In this document: positions 50,888-59,533 of the stretch, one piece after another
Layout of the letters: each line of letters begins with the position of its first letter
Numbering within the stretch: the stretch's first letter is position 1
DNA from: an uncultured delta proteobacterium
Lineage (GTDB): Bacteria; Desulfobacterota; Binatia; UBA9968
Direction: 5' to 3'
Length of the DNA: 64,000 bases
Assembly (NCBI GenBank): GCA_963771465.1
Contig: CAVYTU010000002.1
Location: 64,001-128,000 of the forward strand
Made by a program: the position numbers and the translations under genes
The notes under the pieces: generated by a model
The model's database searches: none
Seen by the model: the letters and a program-made list of their open reading frames with translations, nothing else
Told to the model about the DNA's origin: nothing

Positions 50888-51736
50888 CTAACGAATCACG
50901 GTGCTCGCGCTCAGGGGTTTGGCAGCCTGGTGAAAACGCTGAAACCAAATATCTTCGTCGATGGCGCCGGCATAGGCTGATTTGAGAATTTCAACCGTCG
51001 CCGGCTCGATCTCACCGCGGACGATCGCTTCGACGCGCTCGTCGGTGAGCGGCTGACCGAATTGAAAGTTGCGACCTTTCAATCGGATCGTGGAAAACTC
51101 GCGAACGATTTCCAAAGCGATACGAGCGTCTTCTTCGGTCTTGACCCATTGATAGAGCGGATGGCGCGCTTCGAGGGCGTCGCCATGAGACATCTCATCG
51201 TGCAAGATGATTTTCCCCGTCTCGGATAACAGCTGCTCGTAGACAGCGCCCTTCAGGCCAACCACGCCATAGGCGACGGAGCCCGCGCCACCGCTGTTAA
51301 AAGATCCTGCGGCGCCGTGCAGCGGCGACAGCTTCTCCCAAGCGCGGCGCCGCTTCTGCTCTTCGCGTTGCCACACGGACCAATCCGCGTTGCCCCGTTC
51401 CGCGTCCAAGTCCTTCCAATCCACATGCGCGCCGCCGAGGCCTTCAAGAACATAGGCGAGCATCGCGTAGTGGCGCGTTTCGTAGTAGTGCTCACGCAGT
51501 TCGGCGACAATCGCCTCGCGCGTCATCCCACGATCGACCTTGTCGACCTGCTCGCTCAGTTCGCCCTGGGAAATCTCGCGCAGATTACGCAGCTCACGCG
51601 ACACCTGGCTCTTGAGCCAAAATAAGTGCTGAGCCAGCGGTCTCGGCTGAGAGAAAAATGTCCGCGCCACCTCGGCCTCACCGGCGCGGAACCTAGCGGC
51701 GACGTCTTCGATTTCGGCCATACAATTTACACTCAT
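50888..51736 (-). CDS. Hypothetical protein, possible ferritin-like di-iron fold
   Basis: Helical protein with two ExxH motifs (YYETRHY and HDEMSHG) about 100 aa apart; strong RBS. Confidence 0.6.
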   Translation of the reverse strand: MSVNCMAEIEDVAARFRAGEAEVARTFFSQPRPLAQHLFWLKSQVSRELRNLREISQGELSEQVDKVDRGMTREAIVAELREHYYETRHYAMLAYVLEGLGGAHVDWKDLDAERGNADWSVWQREEQKRRRAWEKLSPLHGAAGSFNSGGAGSVAYGVVGLKGAVYEQLLSETGKIILHDEMSHGDALEARHPLYQWVKTEEDARIALEIVREFSTIRLKGRNFQFGQPLTDERVEAIVRGEIEPATVEILKSAYAGAIDEDIWFQRFHQAAKPLSASTVIR

Positions 51737-51830
51737 TGCTACCGTCTCCTCCTATCGAAAGAATTCTCTCGTGCCACGTTCAGAAGCGAATTTCTTCCTT
51801 TGCGTGCGCCCTTTGCAGTTGATTTCTTAT

Positions 51831-53003
51831 TTAACCCAACCGCGAAAACAATCTCTGCGCATTCACTGCTAAAATTTTTTTCTTGGCGCTCGCCAACAGT
51901 CCGGGCCGTTCGATGGCACTGCGCGCGGCGTGTGGCCAGGTTGTTCCGGGATGAGGATAGTCGGTGGCGAAAAGCCAAATGTCCTCGCCCAACTCTTGAA
52001 TACAATGTTCGACGTAGCGCTCGTCCGCGTCGATGGAATGAAATAGCCGCCCTTCGGCCAACACTTCAGACGGCTTGCGCTTGAGCTGTGGCGCCAGATT
52101 AGGTTTTGAAGCGTAGCTGTCGTCAAGTCGTTCGATTAGCCAAGGCAGCCAGCCCGCGCCGGTTTCAAATAGGCCCACGCGAAGCCGCGGAAAGAGCTCG
52201 AACACGCCGCCGCCGATGAGCGCGCCAATCGCCGTCATTCCGCCCCAGGGTTGATAGACCGCGCGAATGATGAAACCGGCGTGATCGAGTGCGACCGCGC
52301 CCGGCCCATGCGGCGCGCGCAGCACGCCGCCGTGCACTAAGATCGGAAGATCTAGATTCTGCGCGCATTGGAACAAAGGCTGCAGATCGGGATTGTCCAG
52401 TAACTTTCCATCCGCGCACACCGGCGGGATAAGAATACCGGCGAGATTTGCATCGTGCTCGGCCCAATAAGTGATCTCGTCTACGCTCGCGCCAATGTCA
52501 CGCATGGTTGCGATCGCACTCCAGCGCAAACGCCCTTTCGCACCGGCGCAATAGTTTTGCATGTAACGATGATAAGCGTGGTGCAGCGCACTCTCGAAGC
52601 CAACGTCCCGGAGAATGCAATAACTCGCCGCGTGACTGGGAAAGATCACGCTGGTATCGATGCCGGCTTCGTCCATATCTTTTAGCCGAATCGCAGGATC
52701 CCAATTTACCGCCTGCGGAATTCGGTTGCCGCGATGAACGCGCGCGACGGTGGGCCGCTCGGCGCCGAAAGTATCGTAGACTCCCAGCGGGCGATATTCG
52801 TCAGAAGGCTCGATGATCGCTTGCGGGTGCATGAACAGGTCGGTCGGCAGCCCGGCGTCGCGCCGCTTGGCGACGGCGCTGGATAATTGTTCGAACGCGG
52901 CGCGATATTCAGGATCGATATGTTCTCGATAAGTCCGATCGACATCGACATACTCGCGAATATGCGAGTCGGCATCGATGACGGTTAAACCGTCGTAGCT
53001 CAT
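51831..53003 (-). CDS. Amidohydrolase family protein (Amidohydro_2)
   Basis: IDADSH, DMDEAGID, LVHG, ETGAGW, ATDYPH. Confidence 0.9.
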   Translation of the reverse strand: MSYDGLTVIDADSHIREYVDVDRTYREHIDPEYRAAFEQLSSAVAKRRDAGLPTDLFMHPQAIIEPSDEYRPLGVYDTFGAERPTVARVHRGNRIPQAVNWDPAIRLKDMDEAGIDTSVIFPSHAASYCILRDVGFESALHHAYHRYMQNYCAGAKGRLRWSAIATMRDIGASVDEITYWAEHDANLAGILIPPVCADGKLLDNPDLQPLFQCAQNLDLPILVHGGVLRAPHGPGAVALDHAGFIIRAVYQPWGGMTAIGALIGGGVFELFPRLRVGLFETGAGWLPWLIERLDDSYASKPNLAPQLKRKPSEVLAEGRLFHSIDADERYVEHCIQELGEDIWLFATDYPHPGTTWPHAARSAIERPGLLASAKKKILAVNAQRLFSRLG

Positions 53004-53019
53004 CGTGACACCTCCACGC

Positions 53020-54735
53020 TCACAAATTTCGCACACTCAATTTTCGCGCCAACACCGTGGCCGTGATCAAAAAGAGTATGATCATCACACCTAACGCCGC
53101 CGTGGACGGCACTTCGCCATTGTTCCATAGCTCCCAAACCATGACCGGCACCACGATGGTGCTCGGACTATAGAGCATGATCACAGAACCGATCGCCCGT
53201 CCAACCGCGATGGCGGAGAAAATCCAGCCGTTGATAAATGCCGGCATCAACAAGGGCAACGTGATGCGCCAAAATGTTCTCAGCCACGAACCGCCGCTCG
53301 CGTAGGATGCTTCTTCGAGTTCTTTATGCAACTGCGCCATCGCCGCATTCATCACCCGAGTACTGAAGGAAATTCTTCCCGTGACATAGGCCGCGAGCAA
53401 GATCCAAATCGTGCCATAGATCGGGATGGGCAAAACCAAGTAAACCCACATGAGCGAGACGCCGGTGACGATCCCAGGGATAGCGTGGGGCAAGAAGGTG
53501 AGGATATCGAGGAGGCGCCGGCCGCGCGACTGACCTTTGACGATAAACCAGGAGATCACCGAGCAGATCAACATGGTCACCGTCGGCGCGAGTAGGATCA
53601 TGACAACGCTGTTGCGGAACGCCAAGCCGACTTTGGGGATCTCCCAAATTGCGCGGTAGTTTTCCCAGGAGAGTTTCTTCAGCGCTTGGGCCGATGGGAT
53701 TTGATAGAACGGCAACAGCGAAGCCCAGAGGAGAATCAGCAACGGCAAGATCACCGTGAGCAGGAAATAGCCGGCGAAGAGCGCCAGCGCGGCGTATTTC
53801 CAGACGCCGAGGTCGATAACCTTGGGGCGATAGGCTTTGCCTGTAATGGTCGCGAAGCGATCGGCCTGGTTAAGAATTTTCCCATAGAGATAAATCAGCA
53901 CGGCGCTAATGACCAGAAGCAAAACCGCGTAGGTGCTCACCAGACCGTAATCCGTCGGCGGTTGGCTCGCGGCAAGATAGATTCGTAACGCCATCACGTG
54001 AATCCCGGCGCGCAGACCGATCACGCCGGGAATTTCGAACGACTCCATTGCCGAAATCAAAACATAAATGTACGCAGCGAGAATCGACGGCAGCAGCACT
54101 CTGAGTGTCACGCCCCACAACGTCCGCAACAATCCGCCGCCCGCCACCGCGGAAGCTTCCTCAAGAGCCGGGTCCATGCGCCGAAACGCGCCGGCGATCA
54201 TTAGAAAAGTCACCGGGATCAGGTGCAACCCTTCGAGAAAGATCATGCCCGACAGGCTATAAATATTGATCGGCGCTTCCGCCAAATCGAAAATCCAGCG
54301 CAGCGACAAATTGATCACGCCGATCTGCGGGCTCAGCAACAGCACCCAACCGATGGAAAACAACACACCCGGCACGGCGACCGGCACCGGCATCAAGGCG
54401 TAAAGCGTTTCTTTGCACGGCACGTTGGTGCGCTCGAGCAGCCAGGCGAAGATGACCCCGAAAAAGAGCGCGATCAGCGCCGCGCTTACCGCGAAAACCA
54501 CCGTCGTGCCGAACACTGAATAGGTGCGCGGATCGCCGTAGGCGTTGGCGTAATTTTTCAGCGTAAGCTCGGAAGGAAAACCGATCGGCGCCGAGCGAAA
54601 GCTGCTCCATAACAAAAACAGTAGCGGCACCACCACCAGGTAGAGCACCAAAGCGACGACGCCGGCGAGTAGAAAGCTCTGACCGTTCCACCGCGCCAGC
54701 AGACTGTGTCGTGCGGTCAACCCTATGGATGTCAT
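53020..54735 (-). CDS. ABC transporter permease (FbpB-type, duplicated domain)
   Basis: Two EAA motifs (DPALEEAS, ELEEASYASGG) and ~12 TM helices. Confidence 0.9.
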   Translation of the reverse strand: MTSIGLTARHSLLARWNGQSFLLAGVVALVLYLVVVPLLFLLWSSFRSAPIGFPSELTLKNYANAYGDPRTYSVFGTTVVFAVSAALIALFFGVIFAWLLERTNVPCKETLYALMPVPVAVPGVLFSIGWVLLLSPQIGVINLSLRWIFDLAEAPINIYSLSGMIFLEGLHLIPVTFLMIAGAFRRMDPALEEASAVAGGGLLRTLWGVTLRVLLPSILAAYIYVLISAMESFEIPGVIGLRAGIHVMALRIYLAASQPPTDYGLVSTYAVLLLVISAVLIYLYGKILNQADRFATITGKAYRPKVIDLGVWKYAALALFAGYFLLTVILPLLILLWASLLPFYQIPSAQALKKLSWENYRAIWEIPKVGLAFRNSVVMILLAPTVTMLICSVISWFIVKGQSRGRRLLDILTFLPHAIPGIVTGVSLMWVYLVLPIPIYGTIWILLAAYVTGRISFSTRVMNAAMAQLHKELEEASYASGGSWLRTFWRITLPLLMPAFINGWIFSAIAVGRAIGSVIMLYSPSTIVVPVMVWELWNNGEVPSTAALGVMIILFLITATVLARKLSVRNL

Positions 54736-54812
54736 GCTGAGCTAAGCGAAGCATCTCGCAGGTTCACGCTATTGCGGATACGAGATCGTTCGCCTTCAGT
54801 TGAGAACGACAT
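54729..54812. repeat. REP-like palindrome (gtcatgctgagc..cgaagcatctc type)
   Basis: atgtcatgctgagctaagcgaagcatctcg ... cgagatcgttcgccttcagttgagaacgacat. Confidence 0.65.
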
Positions 54813-54831
54813 GGCGACCTACCCGCCGTTG

Positions 54832-55842
54832 CTACAAGATACCGAGAATTTTTTGCAGTTGCCGGCCGAAGTCTTGAGTCTTACCGTAATGGTCGCCGTC
54901 GCGAACGACGAGGTTCAGGCCTTTGATCGCTTCGGACTGCGAAGTGCCGCTGCCGGGGAATGGGCTGCCCTTGAACGTCAGCTCATCGACGTTTTTCACG
55001 CCTTCCGGCGAGAAGATCCAATCTAACCAGAGATGACCGGCGTTGGGATTGGGACCCTTTTTACTCTTGATGAAGGCGCTGCCGGAAATCACCACGGGGT
55101 TGACCCTTGCCCACTCCACCGGCGCGCCTTTGTCTTTATACTGCAGCACGCGATAGAGAAAGACGTTCACCGCGATGGGAAACTCACCGGCCAACAGCAG
55201 TGCGACGTTCTGGGTATTGCTGCGGATCAACTGCGGCTTGTTCTGCGCCAATCGAGTGATGTAGCTGACCACCTTTTCTTTGCCCCACCCTTCGGGCTGC
55301 GAAAGCACTTGCCACATGCGCGGATCGATGTGGAGACCGAGCTTGCCTTTCCATTTGGGATTGAGCAAATCTTCCCAGGATTTCGGCGCGTCCTTCGCCG
55401 AAACAAAATTCGTGTTGTAAGCGGGCACGGTCACGTTGCCGCCCATCTGCGCCCAGTAGCCGTTCGGGTCTTTGGCGCGCGCAGGCATCTGCTTCATGCC
55501 ATCAGGCGGCAACTTTTCTACGATGCCGCGTTTGACCCACTCGGCGTAATGCAGCTGAATGTCGGCACCCAAAGAAACATCCCAAGCATGCCGGTTGGCG
55601 TTATGCTCCGCCCAGATTTTCTCCGAAACGTCTTCCCCCGCGGCGGTCCAGATTTCTACTTGGACAAACGGGTAGCGTTCATTAAATTTTTTGACCAACG
55701 CGCGGCTATCGTTAGCGCTGCCGCTGGTCCACCAAATCAGTTTTCCCTCGCGCTTAGCCGCTTCGATGACGTTAGGCGCCGGCGCCGCGTGCGCCGTCCC
55801 AATGACCAGGCATAGAAGCAAACTAGCAATAGCGTATTGCAT
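54832..55842 (-). CDS. Extracellular solute-binding protein (FbpA/AfuA-like)
   Basis: Signal peptide, AAKREGKL, YNTN, PKSWEDLLNPKWKGK, PNPNA. Confidence 0.9.
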   Translation of the reverse strand: MQYAIASLLLCLVIGTAHAAPAPNVIEAAKREGKLIWWTSGSANDSRALVKKFNERYPFVQVEIWTAAGEDVSEKIWAEHNANRHAWDVSLGADIQLHYAEWVKRGIVEKLPPDGMKQMPARAKDPNGYWAQMGGNVTVPAYNTNFVSAKDAPKSWEDLLNPKWKGKLGLHIDPRMWQVLSQPEGWGKEKVVSYITRLAQNKPQLIRSNTQNVALLLAGEFPIAVNVFLYRVLQYKDKGAPVEWARVNPVVISGSAFIKSKKGPNPNAGHLWLDWIFSPEGVKNVDELTFKGSPFPGSGTSQSEAIKGLNLVVRDGDHYGKTQDFGRQLQKILGIL

Positions 55843-55983
55843 AACTTTTTCTCCCCTGGGTTTGCGTCCTATTGAATCGTTCCGCAATTTCTCGATTGAC
55901 CGCATTTAGCTGTTACTCGCGTCACTATTTTCCGCGAACAGTAGCTCGACAAATCGCCGCCCACTCTGTGTCCAAGCAATCTT

Positions 55984-56118
55984 TTAATGAGACACCCGCC
56001 GGCTTGTCAACCAAGGCGTCCCGTGCGCCGGCAACATCATGTCGGTCGTCATGCCATACGGCCACAAACTGATGTTGCCATCGCGCAAAGTCGTATCGAC
56101 GATCCGAACTTCGTCCAC
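55984..56118 (-). pseudogene. 5' remnant of a DRE-TIM (pyruvate carboxylase B / oxaloacetate decarboxylase alpha-like) gene
   Basis: AGGAG RBS, then VDEVRIVDTTLRDGNISLWPYGMTTDMMLP; truncated after ~30 homologous codons and too short for the ORF track. Confidence 0.75.
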
Positions 56119-56265
56119 GGATTTTCTCCTGAACAACAAACGTCAAGCAATCCTTAGCGCGAATCTGTGAAGCGAGGCAAGCCACTCAGACAGTTGGGAG
56201 GCACTGCATTTTTTAAGCGGATCGTTTAGATCTTGCGGGCGGCCTTTGGGGATATTAATATCGGC
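56095..56265. repeat. Direct repeat, copy 1 (leader plus gene start)
   Basis: Core 56151-56187 is 34/37 identical to 57290-57326; perfect palindrome GATATTAATATC at 56251-56262. Confidence 0.75.
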
Positions 56266-56467
56266 AAACAGCGTTCCGTATATTCCTGGTTAGCCTCAGT
56301 CAACAACAATGGGTTTCAAAGTCTCCCACAGCTACGTTCGCATCGTTCCGGCCAACGCGCACATCGACGCGATGGTTGTGTGGATGTTCTCGTCCCTAGA
56401 GGCGCCCAGAAACGCTACTTCGCTGGCCCGCGGCCGCTCGTGTCAAACGATTCTTGCATAGACACTG

Positions 56468-57175
56468 ATGCCGTCTGACGATTACTTGTCACGCGTGGGT
56501 GGGATCGGCGCGATTCTTGGAGTTATCGTGCTCGTCGCGGCGACCATGCTTCACCCTATGAATGCGCATCCGAGCGATGCGGAAGCCGCCTTTGCTGAAT
56601 ATGCTCTCGACAGATATTGGGTCGCGACCCATTTGGGACAACTTGTCGGAGCCGTCCTCATCGCTAGCGGTTTTGTCTCGTTGTCCTGGAAGCTTCGCGC
56701 CGGACGAGCGGGAGCATGGGCTTTTCTTGCGGGTTTCGCGGCGGTCGCAAGTATGTCACTTGCCGCGGCGCTTCAGGCGGTCGATGGTGTTGCGCTGAAG
56801 TTCATGGTGGATCGATGGTCGTCGGCTGCGCCGGAAGCTCGGGCCGCAGTGTTCGAAGCCGCGTTCGGCGTTCGGCAGATTGAAATCGGCCTCGCGAGTC
56901 TAATGGAAGCCTTCTTCGGCCTGACGGTCATTCTCTATGGGGTTGCCATTGTGTTCAGTTCGACGGCGCCTCGTTGGCTCGGCATTTTCGCCGTGTTGGG
57001 CGGCGCTGCGATGCTGACTTCCAGCGTCGTGCAAGCGCACACCGGCTTTACCGACATCGCCATGGGAATGACCATGCCAAGCACCTTGCTTGTGTTGCTG
57101 TGGTGCATTTGCGTCGGCGTTTTCTTGCTCCGAAGCGCAGGCTCCGTCGATCACGCTGCAAGACAACGTGGCTGA
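56468..57175 (+). CDS. Uncharacterised membrane protein (DUF4386-like)
   Basis: ~6 TM helices; LHP, WVATHLGQ, AVDGVALK. Confidence 0.7.
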   Translation: MPSDDYLSRVGGIGAILGVIVLVAATMLHPMNAHPSDAEAAFAEYALDRYWVATHLGQLVGAVLIASGFVSLSWKLRAGRAGAWAFLAGFAAVASMSLAAALQAVDGVALKFMVDRWSSAAPEARAAVFEAAFGVRQIEIGLASLMEAFFGLTVILYGVAIVFSSTAPRWLGIFAVLGGAAMLTSSVVQAHTGFTDIAMGMTMPSTLLVLLWCICVGVFLLRSAGSVDHAARQRG

Positions 57176-57227
57176 GCCAGCGTCGCAATGTGTCGCCGAA
57201 AATGACGGACTGCGCATCGACTGCCCG

Positions 57228-57405
57228 TACCTGGCAATCCTAACTGCGTTCACTAAATCCTCTTGAAACGAAAGACCAAACGCCAATCGTCCTTAGCGCG
57301 AATCGGTGAAGCGAGCCAAGCTACTCGTACAGGCGCGAACCAATGTAGTCATTCAAACGGTTCGCTCTTCGTCTTGTAGGCGGCCGGCGCGGTTATTAAT
57401 ATCGG
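57228..57405. repeat. Direct repeat, copy 2 (more decayed)
   Basis: Core 57290-57326, GTTATTAATATC at 57392-57403, minus-strand GAGGA plus VNAVRIA matching VDEVRIV. Confidence 0.7.
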
Positions 57406-57476
57406 GAATCAAAGTTTCGAAAATTGCTGGATGGACCGCAGCAATGCGCCAATCAATGTATGAATGGAGAAGGAGA

Positions 57477-57779
57477 ATGCCGGGAAACTCAATAAGAATA
57501 GTTGCCAAAGTAGTCGCTAACCCCGATAGCGTCGACCGAGTCTACTCGATCCTTAGCAACCTGGTTGAACCAACTCGCGATGAGTCAGGCTGTATTAGCT
57601 ATGAACTGCTACAGAATCGAACTGACCCAACAGACTTTACCTTTGTCGAGGAATGGGAGACTGATGCGGCAATAGATGCTCATTTAACGACAAAGCACAT
57701 AAGGGATGCATTAACGAAACTGCCGGGTCTAATTTCAGGTGAGCCAGATATAAGGAGATATAGTGTGGTCAAAAAATAG
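57477..57779 (+). CDS. Antibiotic biosynthesis monooxygenase / putative quinol monooxygenase
   Basis: TRDESGCISYEL, FVEEW, HL..H; AGGAG RBS; visibly lower GC than neighbours. Confidence 0.88.
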   Translation: MPGNSIRIVAKVVANPDSVDRVYSILSNLVEPTRDESGCISYELLQNRTDPTDFTFVEEWETDAAIDAHLTTKHIRDALTKLPGLISGEPDIRRYSVVKK

Positions 57780-57875
57780 AACTAAGCAGGTTGCGTCGTC
57801 CAAGCACACACCAGTTCTTCGATCTACACCTTTATCCCATGTATCTTCCGCCTATATCCGATCCACAACTTCTCC

Positions 57876-57905
57876 TTGACAGTTTCGTGCGTCGGGAAAT
57901 ATGAT
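57876..57905 (+). promoter_or_regulatory. Sigma-70 promoter for the radical SAM operon
   Basis: TTGACA-18 nt-TATGAT. Confidence 0.7.
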
Positions 57906-57971
57906 CCAGACCAATATTAGCGGGGAAAGTTCCAGCCGCTCCAATCGTTCACGGAAAGGGAAATCACACTC

Positions 57972-59366
57972 ATGGAGAATCTCGCGGAATTGACCACGGG
58001 TCGGAGATTGGATGAATTAGAAAACTATTTTCAGACTTACGGCGATCTGCCGCGAGAGATTATTTTAAAGCATGATCTCCTGCGCGTCGGCCACTGGTTC
58101 ACCGACGCCGCGCTCGAACTCGCTTCCCAAGCGCTGGTGAAATCCTACCGGTTGTTTTCCTACGATCTCATGGCGATGAAGGACATGAAGCGCAAAGAGC
58201 ACCGCAAGATTCCCGAGTGGTTTACGATTCGCCGCGGCATATACGGACTGCGGCCGGTGAGCATCCAGACGACACTCGATTCAAACTCGCCGTACGTCAT
58301 CGATGTCGTCGACGGCCAGCCGAAGCTTCTGCTCAACGGCAAAGAGATCTGCGACGTTTATTTTCCCAAGCCGATGAAATACTACACGCGCAAGTTCGAC
58401 GACGGCACGGCGTATCACGAGATCATCGCCTTCGGCTATTTCGTCACCGTGTTTCGCAACTGCCAGTACTGGGGCCCGGACGAAGAGTGCCGTTTCTGCG
58501 ATATCAATATCAACGCGCGACAAATGAAGGAGTCGAAAGATTTCACCTTCGACGCGCCGGTAAAGCCGGTGAAGTACATGGTCGAAGTGGCGCGCTCCAT
58601 CGAACAAGACGCCGCCGAAGAAGTCGGCTTCACCCCGCCGATGGATTTTCTCATCACCGGCGGGACGATTCTGAAAACGCTGCACGGCAAGAACGAGCTC
58701 GACTTCTATTCCGAGTATGTCTCGGCGCTCAAGTGGGGCGGCCGGCGGCGCTTCGTGAACCTGCAAACCAATGGCCAGGATAAAGAAACCATGAAGCACT
58801 ACCGCGCCGCGGGCGTGGACTGTCATCACTCGAATATGGAAGTCTGGGACAAGCGGCTGTTCGAATGGATCAACCCGGGGAAAAACCGCCGCGTCGGTTG
58901 GGACGGTTGGGTGAAAAGCATGATCGACGAAGTGGATGTGTTCGGCGAAGGCAACGTGCGGCCCAACTTCGTCGGCGGCGTCGAGATGGCGAAGCCCTAC
59001 GGTTTTGAAACCGTCGCAGAAGCCGTGAAGTCGACATCGGACGGCGTCGACTTCATGATGAGCCACGGCATCATCCCGCGCTTCAACCAATGGCGCCGGG
59101 AGCCGGGCTCGAACTTGGGATCCCAGTGGGACCAACCGCCGATCCCGCTGGAATATTATCTTCAGCTGATGGGCAACTACTACAACAGCTGGAAGAAATA
59201 CAATCTACCCATGCCGCGCCGCGAGTGCGTTCACCCCGAGCGGCGCATCGGCTCCGGCCATGGCACTTACGACGATATTCTGTTGCTCAATGAGCTGCCG
59301 GACTACGAAGAAGCGTGGGACCGCGGCTTTAATGAAGGATTGAAAGGCTGCGTGACGCGGAACTAA
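57972..59366 (+). CDS. Radical SAM protein with non-canonical CX8CX2C motif
   Basis: NCQYWGPDEECRFCDIN, ITGG, NMEVWD..F..INPGK, NFVGGVE. Confidence 0.85.
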   Translation: MENLAELTTGRRLDELENYFQTYGDLPREIILKHDLLRVGHWFTDAALELASQALVKSYRLFSYDLMAMKDMKRKEHRKIPEWFTIRRGIYGLRPVSIQTTLDSNSPYVIDVVDGQPKLLLNGKEICDVYFPKPMKYYTRKFDDGTAYHEIIAFGYFVTVFRNCQYWGPDEECRFCDININARQMKESKDFTFDAPVKPVKYMVEVARSIEQDAAEEVGFTPPMDFLITGGTILKTLHGKNELDFYSEYVSALKWGGRRRFVNLQTNGQDKETMKHYRAAGVDCHHSNMEVWDKRLFEWINPGKNRRVGWDGWVKSMIDEVDVFGEGNVRPNFVGGVEMAKPYGFETVAEAVKSTSDGVDFMMSHGIIPRFNQWRREPGSNLGSQWDQPPIPLEYYLQLMGNYYNSWKKYNLPMPRRECVHPERRIGSGHGTYDDILLLNELPDYEEAWDRGFNEGLKGCVTRN

Positions 59367-59374
59367 TGGAACAT

Positions 59375-59516
59375 GTTCAAACAGTTCAAGCCGTTCAAGC
59401 GCTTCGCTCCGTTCAAACCGTTCGATTCGGATGTTCTTTTCGCTCGCCCGCTTGTGGGAGAGGGCAAGGGTGAGGGTGACGTTTTGAACTATTTGAACGT
59501 TTTGAACGGCTTGAAC
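59375..59516. repeat. 9-mer GTTCAA/TTGAAC inverted array enclosing a CCCTCNCCC-type REP
   Basis: gttcaaaca gttcaagcc gttcaa.. and ttgaac x4; inner ctcgcccgcttgtgggagagggcaagggtgaggg. Confidence 0.75.
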
Positions 59517-59533
59517 TCCGAAGAGGTTTTTCG

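Noticed and set aside
57240-57310. Minus-strand peptide PIRAKDDWRLVFRF resembling a HigB toxin C-terminus
   Set aside because: No open frame or antitoxin; the region is better explained as copy 2 of the duplicated leader, whose other copy lacks the peptide
56151-57326. Repeats considered as integron attC sites
   Set aside because: No clear RYYYAAC...GTTRRRY ends adjacent to gene stops and no integrase in the window
59375-59516. Repeat array considered as CRISPR
   Set aside because: Units are 9-mers in inverted arms with no unique spacers and no cas genes
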